Of a DNA stretch of 61,360 nt, positions 9,838-20,407 are shown piece by piece (within the stretch, counting starts at the first letter, position 1; each line of letters starts with the position of its first letter). The stretch lies in NCBI GenBank assembly GCA_025934105.1, contig JAICYS010000003.1, forward strand, positions 1 through 61,360. The letters are read 5' to 3'. The position numbers were made by a program, and so were the translations under genes. Source of the stretch: Myxococcota bacterium (GTDB taxonomy: Bacteria; Myxococcota_A; Polyangia; Fen-1088). The notes beneath the pieces were generated by a model. It made no database searches. It had not been told where the DNA came from and worked only from the letters and a program-made list of their open reading frames with translations.

Positions 9838-10347
9838 CTAGCCCGCGTAGAACCGGCGCGTCCATTCGGCCATCGCGATGCCGGCCGCGACGGTCACCGG
9901 GAACGAATGGTTGATGCCGTACATCGGGATGCCCACGATCAGGTCGGCCGCGCGCAACAGTTCGTCGGAGACGCCGGCCGTCTCGCTGCCGAACAGCATC
10001 ACGCAGTCCCCGGGCAGCTCGGCGTGCCACAGATCGACGCGGGCGGCGTCCTTTTCGAACACCACCAGCGGGCGGCCGGTGGCGCGCACGTGCGCGATCA
10101 GGTCGGCCTCGGTGGGCAGAGCGACGATGTTCTCGTAGCGGTCCATCCCCATCGCGCCGCGCTCGTACCAGCGCTCGTCGCCCACCAGCAGGATCTCGCG
10201 CACCAGGAACGAGTGCGCGACCCGGATGATGGCGCCGACGTTGAACGGGTTGCGCGCGCGCAGGACGGCGACGCTCAACGGCCGCCGCAGCGGCTGCAAG
10301 CTGGCCCGGATCTCGTCCAGCGGCAGCTCGAACGGCGCGACCTTCAT
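9838..10347 (-). CDS. TrmH/SpoU-family RNA 2'-O-methyltransferase
   Basis: RNPFNVGAIIR, LFGSETAG, IPMYGINHSFPV. ATGA overlap with the upstream gene. Confidence 0.85.
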   Translation of the reverse strand: MKVAPFELPLDEIRASLQPLRRPLSVAVLRARNPFNVGAIIRVAHSFLVREILLVGDERWYERGAMGMDRYENIVALPTEADLIAHVRATGRPLVVFEKDAARVDLWHAELPGDCVMLFGSETAGVSDELLRAADLIVGIPMYGINHSFPVTVAAGIAMAEWTRRFYAG

Positions 10348-11390
10348 GGCTGCGCGGCCGCCGTCGGCGGCGACGGCGGCTGGGGCTGCACGCCGCCCAC
10401 GAACGTGGCCCGGAACGGCACCGGCATGAACACTCCCACGAACACCAGCACCATCAGCCAGAAGAGCGCACGCCGGCTGCGCGGCAGCGGCTCCTCGGCG
10501 ACCGGCGGGTGGTTCACACCGCCCGACAGACGCCGGACCACCCGGATCAGCAGGTACCACACCAACCATGGCAACGCCGCGCCCGCGGCGATGGAAAGGC
10601 CGATGGCCTGGTCCCACCCGGCGCCGGCCTCGACCCGGGCCAGGTGCATGACCCAGAAGAACACGCCGATCGCGCCCAGCGGCAGCAGCCGATGCAGGCG
10701 CGCCGCGAACTGGTTGTAGCGGTTGCCGAAGTAGGCCGCGGCCACGTGGCCGCCGTCGAGCTGGCCGATCGGGATCAGGTTGATCATGGTGACCAGCAGG
10801 CCGGCCCACCCGGCCCAGGCGGTCGGGTGCAGAAAGACGTCGCGATGCCCGTCGGGCAGCCAGGCACCGGTCACCGCGCGTTTGAGCAGCGCGTAGAGGA
10901 TCGAGTTCCCCTCCTGCTGGCCGCCGGGCACCAGCGGGCCGATCTTCGAGTGGGCCAATCCGTAACAGATGACCGGGATCGCGACGGCCAGCCCGGCCAG
11001 CGGCCCGGCGGCGCCGATGTCCATCAGCTTGCGCCGATCGGAGGTCACGTCGCGCATGCCGATCACGGCGCCCATCGTCCCCAGGCCGAAGCTGGGCGGC
11101 AGCGGAATGAAGTACGGCAGCGACGCGTCCACGCCGTGCCAGCGGGCAACCAGGTAGTGCCCCAGCTCGTGAGACAGCAGGATCAGCATCAAGGGCAGCG
11201 AGTACGACAGCCCGTCGGAGATCGGGAGAATCGCCTCCCACCCGACGCCACCACCCAGCTGCCCGTGCACGAAGAGGGAGCCCGCCGCGGTGGTGGTCAG
11301 GAACGTGGCCAGGAACAGGCCCACGTGCAGCAGCAAGCGCGGCGGCCGGCGGCCGCGCTCCGGGGCCGCCGGCTCGTCGGGATCGGTCAT
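10344..11390 (-). CDS. Site-2 protease (M50) intramembrane metalloprotease
   Basis: HELGH, IGAAGP, NLIPIGQLDGGH and TM helices. Confidence 0.9.
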   Translation of the reverse strand: MTDPDEPAAPERGRRPPRLLLHVGLFLATFLTTTAAGSLFVHGQLGGGVGWEAILPISDGLSYSLPLMLILLSHELGHYLVARWHGVDASLPYFIPLPPSFGLGTMGAVIGMRDVTSDRRKLMDIGAAGPLAGLAVAIPVICYGLAHSKIGPLVPGGQQEGNSILYALLKRAVTGAWLPDGHRDVFLHPTAWAGWAGLLVTMINLIPIGQLDGGHVAAAYFGNRYNQFAARLHRLLPLGAIGVFFWVMHLARVEAGAGWDQAIGLSIAAGAALPWLVWYLLIRVVRRLSGGVNHPPVAEEPLPRSRRALFWLMVLVFVGVFMPVPFRATFVGGVQPQPPSPPTAAAQP

Positions 11391-12526
11391 CGCTCGTTCC
11401 CTTCGGCGACACGCGCGGGCGGTGGCTCGACGCCGCCGGCGGCCCGGTCCAGCACGGCCCGCAGCGCACGCCGGCGCGGGTGGTCAGCCCCGGCCAGCGC
11501 CGGCGCCAGCCGGGAGAGCTGCCCGCGCGCCTCGTCGCTGAGGTCGGTGGGCGTCTCGACGGCCAGGCGGACGTGCACGTCGCCGCGCCCCGTCCCGCGC
11601 GGAAAGCCCTTGCCGCGCAGCCGGAACACCGTGCCGGACTGGGTGCCGGGCGGCACGCGCATCTTCACCGCCGCGTCCAGCACCGGCACCTCGACCTCGG
11701 CGCCCAGCGCCGCCTCGGTGAAGGTCAGCGGCAGGTCGACGGTCAAGACGTCCCCCTCGCGCGTCGCCTCGCGGCCGTAAAACGCATGCGGCCGGACGCG
11801 CACGATGACGTGCAGGTCGCCGGCCGGGCCGCCCCGCCGCCCCGGCGCCCCCTCGCGCGGCAGCCGCTGCGTCGAGCCGCCGATCGATCCGGGCGGGATC
11901 CGCACCGTGTAGCTGCGCTCCCGGTCGAGGAGGCCCGCCCCCTCGCACACGGCGCACCGGACGCGCGGCACCTGCCCCGTGCCGCCGCACCCCATGCACT
12001 CGCGGCGCGTGGTCAGAAACCCGGTCTTCTTGCGCAGCACCCCTTCGCCATTGCACCGCGCGCAGGTGGCGAGGCCGGCGCTGCCGCCTTCGGCGCCGGT
12101 CCCGAAGCAGGCCCGGCAGTCCTCGGGCCGCTCGAAGGTGATGACCTTCTCGCAGCCCAGCGCCGCCTCCTCGAAGTCGACCTCCAGCGTGTAGCGCATG
12201 TCGCGCCCGGTGGTCTTGCGGCGACGCGCCAGCCCGAACAGATCGCCGAAGAGCGCGTCGAAGAACTCCGTGGCCGACGCGATGTCGGCCCCGCTGAACG
12301 GGCCCGTCCCGTCGACCGCGCCGAAGCGGTTGTAGTGCGTGCGCTTGTCCTCGTCGGACAGCACGGCGTACGCGATGGAGAGCTCCTTGAACTTCTCCTC
12401 GGCGCCCGGATCGCCGGGGTTGCGGTCCGGATGCCAGCGCAAGGCCAGCTTGCGGTAGGCGGCCTTGATCTCGACGTCCGTGGCGCTCCGGTCGACCCCC
12501 AGCGTCTGGTAGTAATCGGTCGGCAG
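11387..12526 (-). CDS. dnaJ: DnaJ (class A) co-chaperone, probable CTG start
   Basis: DYYQTLGV...HPDRN J-domain, four CxxCxGxG repeats, C-terminal domain. Helix I lies upstream of the ORF-track TTG (12442), so the real start is likely CTG at 12526. Confidence 0.85.
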   Translation of the reverse strand: MPTDYYQTLGVDRSATDVEIKAAYRKLALRWHPDRNPGDPGAEEKFKELSIAYAVLSDEDKRTHYNRFGAVDGTGPFSGADIASATEFFDALFGDLFGLARRRKTTGRDMRYTLEVDFEEAALGCEKVITFERPEDCRACFGTGAEGGSAGLATCARCNGEGVLRKKTGFLTTRRECMGCGGTGQVPRVRCAVCEGAGLLDRERSYTVRIPPGSIGGSTQRLPREGAPGRRGGPAGDLHVIVRVRPHAFYGREATREGDVLTVDLPLTFTEAALGAEVEVPVLDAAVKMRVPPGTQSGTVFRLRGKGFPRGTGRGDVHVRLAVETPTDLSDEARGQLSRLAPALAGADHPRRRALRAVLDRAAGGVEPPPARVAEGNER

Positions 12527-12529
12527 CGC

Positions 12530-13093
12530 CTATCCCTCGGACGATTTGGTCTGCGCCGGCCCGGTCGACACCGACACCATCGCCGGGCGCAGCAGCCGTT
12601 CGCTGATCTTGTAGCCCTTCTGCAGCTCGGCGGCCACGTTGCCGGCCGGCACGTCGGCGCTGGCCATCCGCGAGATCGCCTCGTGGACGCGCGGGTCGAA
12701 CGGCTGGCCGGCGACCTCGAACGGCTTCACGTCGTAGCGCTCCAGCTTTTGCTGGAACAGGCGCAGGACCAGGCTGATCCCCTTCAGCACGGCGCCGCCG
12801 TCAACGACGCCGTTGCCGGCCGCCGTCTGCGCGGCCGCCCGCTCGAGGTTGTCGACCACCTCCAGCATGTCGCGCAGCACCGCCTCGCGCGCCTGCGTCA
12901 CCGCGTCGGTCTGCTCTTTGCGCGAGCGCTTTTTCCAATTTTCGAAGTCCGCCGCGATGCGGAGCATCCGATCCTTGATCTCGTCCCGCTCCGCGGTGAG
13001 CGAGGCGATCCGCTCTTCGGGGCCTTCGGGGGGAAGCTCGGGCGCGCCCGCGCCGTCGCCATTCTGGTTCGTGTTCGTCTCGTCCATGGTCAT
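12530..13093 (-). CDS. grpE: Nucleotide exchange factor GrpE
   Basis: LRIAADFENWKKR, FDPRVHEA, QKGYKISERLLRPAMVSV. Confidence 0.95.
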   Translation of the reverse strand: MTMDETNTNQNGDGAGAPELPPEGPEERIASLTAERDEIKDRMLRIAADFENWKKRSRKEQTDAVTQAREAVLRDMLEVVDNLERAAAQTAAGNGVVDGGAVLKGISLVLRLFQQKLERYDVKPFEVAGQPFDPRVHEAISRMASADVPAGNVAAELQKGYKISERLLRPAMVSVSTGPAQTKSSEG

Positions 13094-13114
13094 CTACCGC
13101 TCCCTCTACACTCT

Positions 13115-14137
13115 TTAGCTCTTTCCCAGCGCTTCGCCGATCATCTCCGCGGTGAAATCGACCAGCGGGATGACCCTCGAGTAATTCATCCGAGACGGCC
13201 CGATCACGCCCACCGTCCCCAGCGGCCGCCCGTCGGCCCCGTAGGGGGCGGCGACCACCGAGACGTCCGTCAGGTCGGCCAGGTTGGCCTCGGCTCCGAT
13301 GAACACACAGATTCCGGGCGCGCTCAGCGTCCACTCGAGCAGCCGGACCACCAGGTCCTTTTCTTCCAGCGTCCGCAGCAACAGCTTGGCCCGCTCGAGG
13401 TCGGCCTTGCCCGACAGCAGGTTGGACTGCCCGTCGACCAGGACCTCGGGCGTCGGGTCGATCGGGACCGCGGCGGTGGCCAGCTTCAGCGCGCGCGCCA
13501 CCAGCTCGTCGTGGGTGGCCCGCTCGCTGGCGATCTCTTCGACCAGCCGCGCGCGCACCTGATCCAGCGTCAGGCCGCTGACCAGGCCGTTCAGGAAATT
13601 GTTGATGCGGTCCAATTCGCCGGGCGAGACGGCCACGTCGATCGGGATCAGCTTGTTTTGAATCTGGCCGCTCGCGGCGGCGATGACGGCCAGCAGCTGT
13701 CCGTCGCGCATCTGCACGAACTCCAGGTGCTGGACGACGTCGCTGTCCGGGCGCGGCGCCTGGACCACGACGGTCAGGTGGCTGAGCTCGCGCAGCAGGC
13801 GCGTCGTCCGTTGCATGACCTCGGGAACGTCGCCGCCCGCCGGCGCCAGCCGTTCCCGGATCTCGTCCTTTTCGCCGGCGGTCAGGCTGCGGACCCGCAG
13901 CAGCATGTCCACGTAGTACCTCAGGCCCCGTTCGGTGGGGAGCCGCCCCCCCGACGTGTGGGCGTGCCGCAGCAACCCCACCTCTTCCAGTTCGCCCATG
14001 ACGGTGCGGACCGTGGCCGCCGAGACGTCCAGGCCATAGCGCCGCGTGACCGTCTGCGAACCGACGGCCTCGCCGGTTGCCAGATATTCGGACACGACGG
14101 CGTGAAGAATCTTCTTGGCCCGTGCGCCAATATCCAC
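13115..14137 (-). CDS. hrcA: Heat-inducible transcription repressor HrcA
   Basis: YLATGEAVGS, SAATVR, HTSGGRLPT, GVIGPSRMNY. Confidence 0.95.
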   Translation of the reverse strand: MDIGARAKKILHAVVSEYLATGEAVGSQTVTRRYGLDVSAATVRTVMGELEEVGLLRHAHTSGGRLPTERGLRYYVDMLLRVRSLTAGEKDEIRERLAPAGGDVPEVMQRTTRLLRELSHLTVVVQAPRPDSDVVQHLEFVQMRDGQLLAVIAAASGQIQNKLIPIDVAVSPGELDRINNFLNGLVSGLTLDQVRARLVEEIASERATHDELVARALKLATAAVPIDPTPEVLVDGQSNLLSGKADLERAKLLLRTLEEKDLVVRLLEWTLSAPGICVFIGAEANLADLTDVSVVAAPYGADGRPLGTVGVIGPSRMNYSRVIPLVDFTAEMIGEALGKS

Positions 14138-14214
14138 GCTCTTGATTTACCTCAATAAACCGGGCTCGGCCAAGCGGTGGGCAGAACCGCGGTCCCGCGT
14201 ATAGTGACGCCGCC

Positions 14215-15384
14215 GTGATCTATCTGGACAACGCCGCCTCGACGCGCCCGGCCGAAGAGGTCCTGGCCGCGATGACTCAGGTGGGCCGCGATCTGTTCGC
14301 GAACCCGGCGGCGGCGCACCCGGCGGGGGCGGCGGCGGCCCGCGCTCTCGAGGCGGCCCGGGCCGAGCTGGCGCGCACGCTGGACGTCGAGCCCGAGGAG
14401 CTGGTCTTCACGAGCGGCGGGACGGAAGCCGACGCCCTGGGGGTGCTGGGCGCGGCGCGGGCGGCCCGCGGGCGGCACCTGGTGGTCACCGCCTTCGAGC
14501 ATCCGGCGGTCACGCGGGCCGTCGAAGCCCTGGTTGCCGACGGGTTCAGCGTCGACCGGATCTCGCCCGGCCCCGACGGGGTCGTGGGGGCCGAGGCGGT
14601 GGCCGCGGCGGTCCGGCCCGACACCGCGGTCGTGGCGGTCATGCTGGCGCAGAACGAGCTGGGGACGCTTCAGCCGGTGGCCGAGATCGGCCGCCGGCTG
14701 GCCGAACGGCCCCGCCGGCCGCACCTGCACGTCGACGCCGTCCAGGGCTTCGGCCTGGTCCGGCTCCGCCCGCGGGCGCTGGGGGCCGACACCGTCGCGC
14801 TGTCCGCCCACAAGCTGCACGGCCCGCGCGGGGCCGGCGCTCTCTGGATCCGGCCGGGCGCCCGGCTGCAGCCGCTCTGGGTCGGCGGCGGACAGGAGCG
14901 CGGCCGTCGCGGCGGGACGGAGAACTTGCCGGCGGCGGTCGGGTTCGGGCAGGCGGCGCGGCTGGCCCGGGAGGCGATGGACCGCGGGGCGGGCGAAGCG
15001 GTCGCCGCGCTGCGCGATCGGCTGGAGCAGGCCGCCGTGGCGGCGGTCGCCGGCGCCCGCCCGACGGTGGTCGGCGCGGCCCGGACGCCGCACATCGCAT
15101 CGCTGGCGTTCCCCGGCCTGCCCGCCGAACCACTGCTGCACGCCCTGGAGGCGCGGGGCGTGCTGGCCTCGGCCGGGTCGGCCTGCGCGTCGCGCCTTTC
15201 GGGGCCCAGCCCGGCGCTGAAGTCGATCGGCCTCGACGACCGGACGGGCGTGCTGCGGCTGTCGCTCTCGCGCAAGACGACCGCCGCCGAGGTCGAGGCA
15301 GCGGTGGCGGCCCTGGCTGACGCCGCGCGCGAGGTGAGGGGCGCCGCTCCGTTCGCGCTCGCCAATCGGGCCGGCCGCGGGTAA
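14215..15384 (+). CDS. iscS: Cysteine desulfurase (IscS/NifS family)
   Basis: YLDNAAST, FTSGGTEA, HVDAVQ, SAHKLHGP (PLP Lys), SAGSAC (catalytic Cys). Confidence 0.9.
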   Translation: MIYLDNAASTRPAEEVLAAMTQVGRDLFANPAAAHPAGAAAARALEAARAELARTLDVEPEELVFTSGGTEADALGVLGAARAARGRHLVVTAFEHPAVTRAVEALVADGFSVDRISPGPDGVVGAEAVAAAVRPDTAVVAVMLAQNELGTLQPVAEIGRRLAERPRRPHLHVDAVQGFGLVRLRPRALGADTVALSAHKLHGPRGAGALWIRPGARLQPLWVGGGQERGRRGGTENLPAAVGFGQAARLAREAMDRGAGEAVAALRDRLEQAAVAAVAGARPTVVGAARTPHIASLAFPGLPAEPLLHALEARGVLASAGSACASRLSGPSPALKSIGLDDRTGVLRLSLSRKTTAAEVEAAVAALADAAREVRGAAPFALANRAGRG

Positions 15385-15398
15385 AAGACGCCGCGCAA

Positions 15399-16577
15399 AT
15401 GGAAGACGCGGGCGTCCTGCTGTGCCGGTACGGCGAGCTGTTCTTGAAGAGCGGCAATCGCCGCCGCTTCGAGCGCGTGCTGGCCGACAACATCCGGGCG
15501 GCCGTGGCGGACCTGCCCGGCGCCAGCGTCTCGACCACGCACGGCCGGACGCTGGTCCGCGTGCGCCCGGCCGACGTCGACGACGCCGCCGGCCGGCTGG
15601 AACGGGTGTTCGGCCTGGTGTCGTTCTCGGTGGCGCGCAAGGTGGCGGCCGAGCCCGATTTGGAAGCCATCGGCGCCGCCGCCGTCGACGAAGCGCGCGC
15701 CGCGCTGGCCCGCGATCGGCTGGTCAGCTTCAAGATCGAATCACGGCGGGCCGACAAGCGATTCCCGGTGCAGTCGCCGGAGATCTCGCGGCGGGTCGGC
15801 GGGCGCGTGCACGAGACGACCGGTCTGGCCGTCGACGTTCACCGCCCGGCGCTGACCATCGGCATCGAGGTCACGCCCGGACACGCGTTCGTCTACGGCG
15901 GCACGCGCGGCGCGCCCGGCGGCCTGCCGGTCGGCGCGTCGGGCCGCGCGCTACTGCTGCTGTCGGGCGGCATCGACTCGCCGGTGGCGGGCTGGCTGGC
16001 CGCCAAGCGCGGCCTGGCGCTGGACGCCGTCTACTTCCATTCGCCGCCGTACGTGGGCGAAAAGTCGCGCGACAAGGTGCTGTCGCTGGCGCGCAAGCTG
16101 GCGCGCTGGCAGGCGATGCGCTCGGTGACGGTGGTGCCGTTCACGGACGTGCAGAAGCGCCTGCGCCAGGCCGGCCCCGGCGAGCTGGCGGTCGTCCTTT
16201 ATCGCCGCATGATGATGCGCATCGCGGATGCGGTCGCCGATCAGCTGGGCGCCGACGCGCTGGTCACCGGCGAGAACCTGGGCCAGGTGGCCAGCCAGAC
16301 CATCCACAACCTGGCCACCATCGAGGACGCCGCCCGCCGGGTGGTGCTGCGCCCGCTCCTCACCTACGACAAGATCGAGACCACCAACCTCGCGCAGCGG
16401 ATCGGCACCTACGAGACGTCGATCCTGCCCTTCGACGACTGCTGCTCGCTGTTCGTACCCGCCCACCCGGCCACCCGCGCGCGCGTCGCCGACGTGGCCC
16501 CGGCCGAGGCCAAACTGGACCTCGCCGGCGAGGTCGCCGCGGCCGTCGCGGCCAGCGAACGGGTCGCCATCGCCTGA
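15399..16577 (+). CDS. thiI: tRNA 4-thiouridine(8) synthase ThiI (no rhodanese domain)
   Basis: YGELFLKS, THUMP domain, LLSGGIDSPVA PP-loop, GENLGQVASQT, DDCC. Confidence 0.93.
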   Translation: MEDAGVLLCRYGELFLKSGNRRRFERVLADNIRAAVADLPGASVSTTHGRTLVRVRPADVDDAAGRLERVFGLVSFSVARKVAAEPDLEAIGAAAVDEARAALARDRLVSFKIESRRADKRFPVQSPEISRRVGGRVHETTGLAVDVHRPALTIGIEVTPGHAFVYGGTRGAPGGLPVGASGRALLLLSGGIDSPVAGWLAAKRGLALDAVYFHSPPYVGEKSRDKVLSLARKLARWQAMRSVTVVPFTDVQKRLRQAGPGELAVVLYRRMMMRIADAVADQLGADALVTGENLGQVASQTIHNLATIEDAARRVVLRPLLTYDKIETTNLAQRIGTYETSILPFDDCCSLFVPAHPATRARVADVAPAEAKLDLAGEVAAAVAASERVAIA

Positions 16578-16615
16578 ATCATCGCTATCATTCACCCCAT
16601 TTCGACCTCGACGGC

Positions 16616-17467
<852 letters not shown>

Positions 17468-17601
17468 TCTGATGCGCCGCCCGGATCTCCCCAGACGCGC
17501 CCCGGCCCCGCCCGTCGGCCGAACTCCTGGCCGGCGGATCGCGCTCTTGGTCGGTGGCCGGGCGCGATAGCCGCGCTCGACCAGTCAGCCATCCCGAACC
17601 G

Positions 17602-19401
17602 ATGCCGATTCTCATCACCGCGCAGGACCTGAGCGCCTCGTTCGGCGCCCGGCCGCTGTTTTCCGGCGTCAGCTTCACCGTCTCGGACGGCGAGCGCATC
17701 GGCCTCATCGGGCCGAACGGCGCGGGGAAGTCGACGCTGCTGCGGATCCTGGCCGGCCTGTTCTCGTCGGACGCCGGGACGGTGTCGCGCCGGCGGGGGT
17801 TGCTGGTCGCGTTGCTGGAACAGGTGCCGCGGTTCGAGCCGGGCCTGACCGTTCGCGCGGCGGTCGAATCGGCCGCGGCCGACGACGCGGCCGACGAGAT
17901 CCTGGCCAAGCTGTCCTTGAGCGGGCGGACCGAAAACGGCGTCTCGCCGGAGGCGCCGGTCTCGTCGCTGTCCGGGGGGTGGAAAAAGCGCGTGGCGCTG
18001 GGCCGGGAGCTGGCCCGGCGGCCGGACCTGCTGCTGCTGGACGAGCCGACCAACCATCTGGACGTCGAGAGCATCGAGTGGCTGGAGGGGCTGCTGGCGC
18101 GGCCGGACGGCCCGGCCACCATCACGGTCACGCACGACCGGATGTTCCTGCAGCGGGTGGCGACGCGCATCCTCGAGCTGGATCCGCGCAACGCCGGCGG
18201 GCTGCTGTCCGTCGACGGCGACTACGCCGACTACACCCGCGTCAAGGCCGATGCGATGCATGCGCAGGAACGGCGCGAGGTGGTGCTGCGCAACACGCTC
18301 CGCCGCGAGACCGAGTGGCTGCGGCGGGGCGCGGCCGCGCGGACCACCAAGCAGCAGGCGCGCATCGCGCGCGCCGGCGACCTGTCCGACGAGGTCAAGG
18401 AGCTGACCACCCGAAACCAGGTCCGTTCGGTCGGCCTCGAGTTCCAGGGGACCGAGCGACGCCCGCGCCGTCTGATCGAAGCGCGCGGGATCGCCAAGGC
18501 CTACGACGGCCGGACGATCTTCGCCGGCGTCGATCTCTTCGTGGGGCCGGGCACGCGCGTGGGCCTGCTGGGGCCGAACGGCTGCGGAAAGTCGACGCTG
18601 CTGCGCGTGCTGCTGGGCGAGGAGCCGCCCACGGCCGGCACGGTGCTGCGCGCCGACGGGCTGGAGGTCGCTTACTTCCAGCAGAACCGCGAGCTGCTGG
18701 ATCCCGACGCCACGCCCGCGCACACGCTGGCCCCCGACGGCGATCACGTCAGCTTCCGCGGCGCGCGCGTCCACGTGCGCGGCTACCTCGAGCGGTTTCT
18801 GTTTCGCCCGGAACAGGCGGACATGCCGGTGCGCCAGCTGTCGGGCGGCGAGCAGAGCCGCTTGCTGCTGGCCAAGTTGATGCTGCGCGACGCGCAGGTG
18901 CTGGTCCTGGACGAGCCGACCAACGATCTGGACCTGGCGACCCTGGCGGTCCTGGAAGAATCGCTGACCGCCTTCGACGGCGCGGTCTTGCTGGTCACCC
19001 ACGACCGCTATTTCCTGGACCAGGTGGCGACCACCATCCTGGCGTTCGCACCCGACGGACAGGTGGTCCCGTTTGCCGGCGTCGCCCAGTGGGAGTCGTG
19101 GCGGGCGGCGCGCCTGGCCGCCGAGCGTACGCGCGAACCGCCCGCGCCGGCCGGCGGCAAGTCCGCCGGCGCGCGCAAGAAGCTGTCGTACCTGGAACAG
19201 CGCGAATACGACGCCATCGAGGCGGCCATCGCCGCGGCCGAAGCCGCGCTGGCCGAAGCCCGGCGCGACGCCGAACGGCCCGAGCACGCCAGCGACTCGG
19301 CCCGCCTGGTCGAGCTTTTGGCGCTGATCGACAGCCGCCAAGCGGAGGTCGACCGCCTGTACACCCGCTGGACCGATCTGGACGCGAAGGCCAGCGGCTA
19401 G
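17602..19401 (+). CDS. ABC-F family ATPase (Uup-like)
   Basis: Two NBDs (GPNGAGKS, GPNGCGKS, LSGG, DEPTN, HDR), no TM segments, KKLSYLEQRE C-terminal coiled coil. Confidence 0.9.
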   Translation: MPILITAQDLSASFGARPLFSGVSFTVSDGERIGLIGPNGAGKSTLLRILAGLFSSDAGTVSRRRGLLVALLEQVPRFEPGLTVRAAVESAAADDAADEILAKLSLSGRTENGVSPEAPVSSLSGGWKKRVALGRELARRPDLLLLDEPTNHLDVESIEWLEGLLARPDGPATITVTHDRMFLQRVATRILELDPRNAGGLLSVDGDYADYTRVKADAMHAQERREVVLRNTLRRETEWLRRGAAARTTKQQARIARAGDLSDEVKELTTRNQVRSVGLEFQGTERRPRRLIEARGIAKAYDGRTIFAGVDLFVGPGTRVGLLGPNGCGKSTLLRVLLGEEPPTAGTVLRADGLEVAYFQQNRELLDPDATPAHTLAPDGDHVSFRGARVHVRGYLERFLFRPEQADMPVRQLSGGEQSRLLLAKLMLRDAQVLVLDEPTNDLDLATLAVLEESLTAFDGAVLLVTHDRYFLDQVATTILAFAPDGQVVPFAGVAQWESWRAARLAAERTREPPAPAGGKSAGARKKLSYLEQREYDAIEAAIAAAEAALAEARRDAERPEHASDSARLVELLALIDSRQAEVDRLYTRWTDLDAKASG

Positions 19402-19402
19402 C

Positions 19403-19567
19403 CTAGTGCACCGCCGTCGAAATAGCGTCGACGCCGAGGCCGACAAGCCGCGCTGGACGCGAGGCGCGACGACGAGGAATACCCGTAGCCATTGTGAGGA
19501 GAAGCAACGAAGCGTCCGGCGCGGATCGTCGGCCGAACGTGACGCGATTTCGACGGCGGTGCACTAG
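19403..19567. mobile_element. MITE / palindromic interspersed repeat, copy 1
   Basis: 165 bp. Perfect 21-bp terminal inverted repeat CTAGTGCACCGCCGTCGAAAT. Near-identical to 28778-28944. Confidence 0.85.
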
Positions 19568-19610
19568 GTCGATCCGGGCGCGCCGGCGGCCGTTGCGCGC
19601 CGGGGCCGGC

Positions 19611-20345
<735 letters not shown>

Positions 20346-20407
20346 GATTCAACTATAGGACATCGGCGACCGGCGCCAAGTTATGAGCCGTTTGCGCGGA
20401 TTTTTGT

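Noticed and set aside
14138-14214. CIRCE operator upstream of hrcA
   Set aside because: No TTAGCACTC-N9-GAGTGCTAA or convincing variant is visible.
20346-20363. In-frame ATG-TCC-TAT-AGT-TGA before the DUF882 gene (possible selenocysteine or read-through)
   Set aside because: No Cys-equivalent context. TATAGT is better explained as a -10 box.
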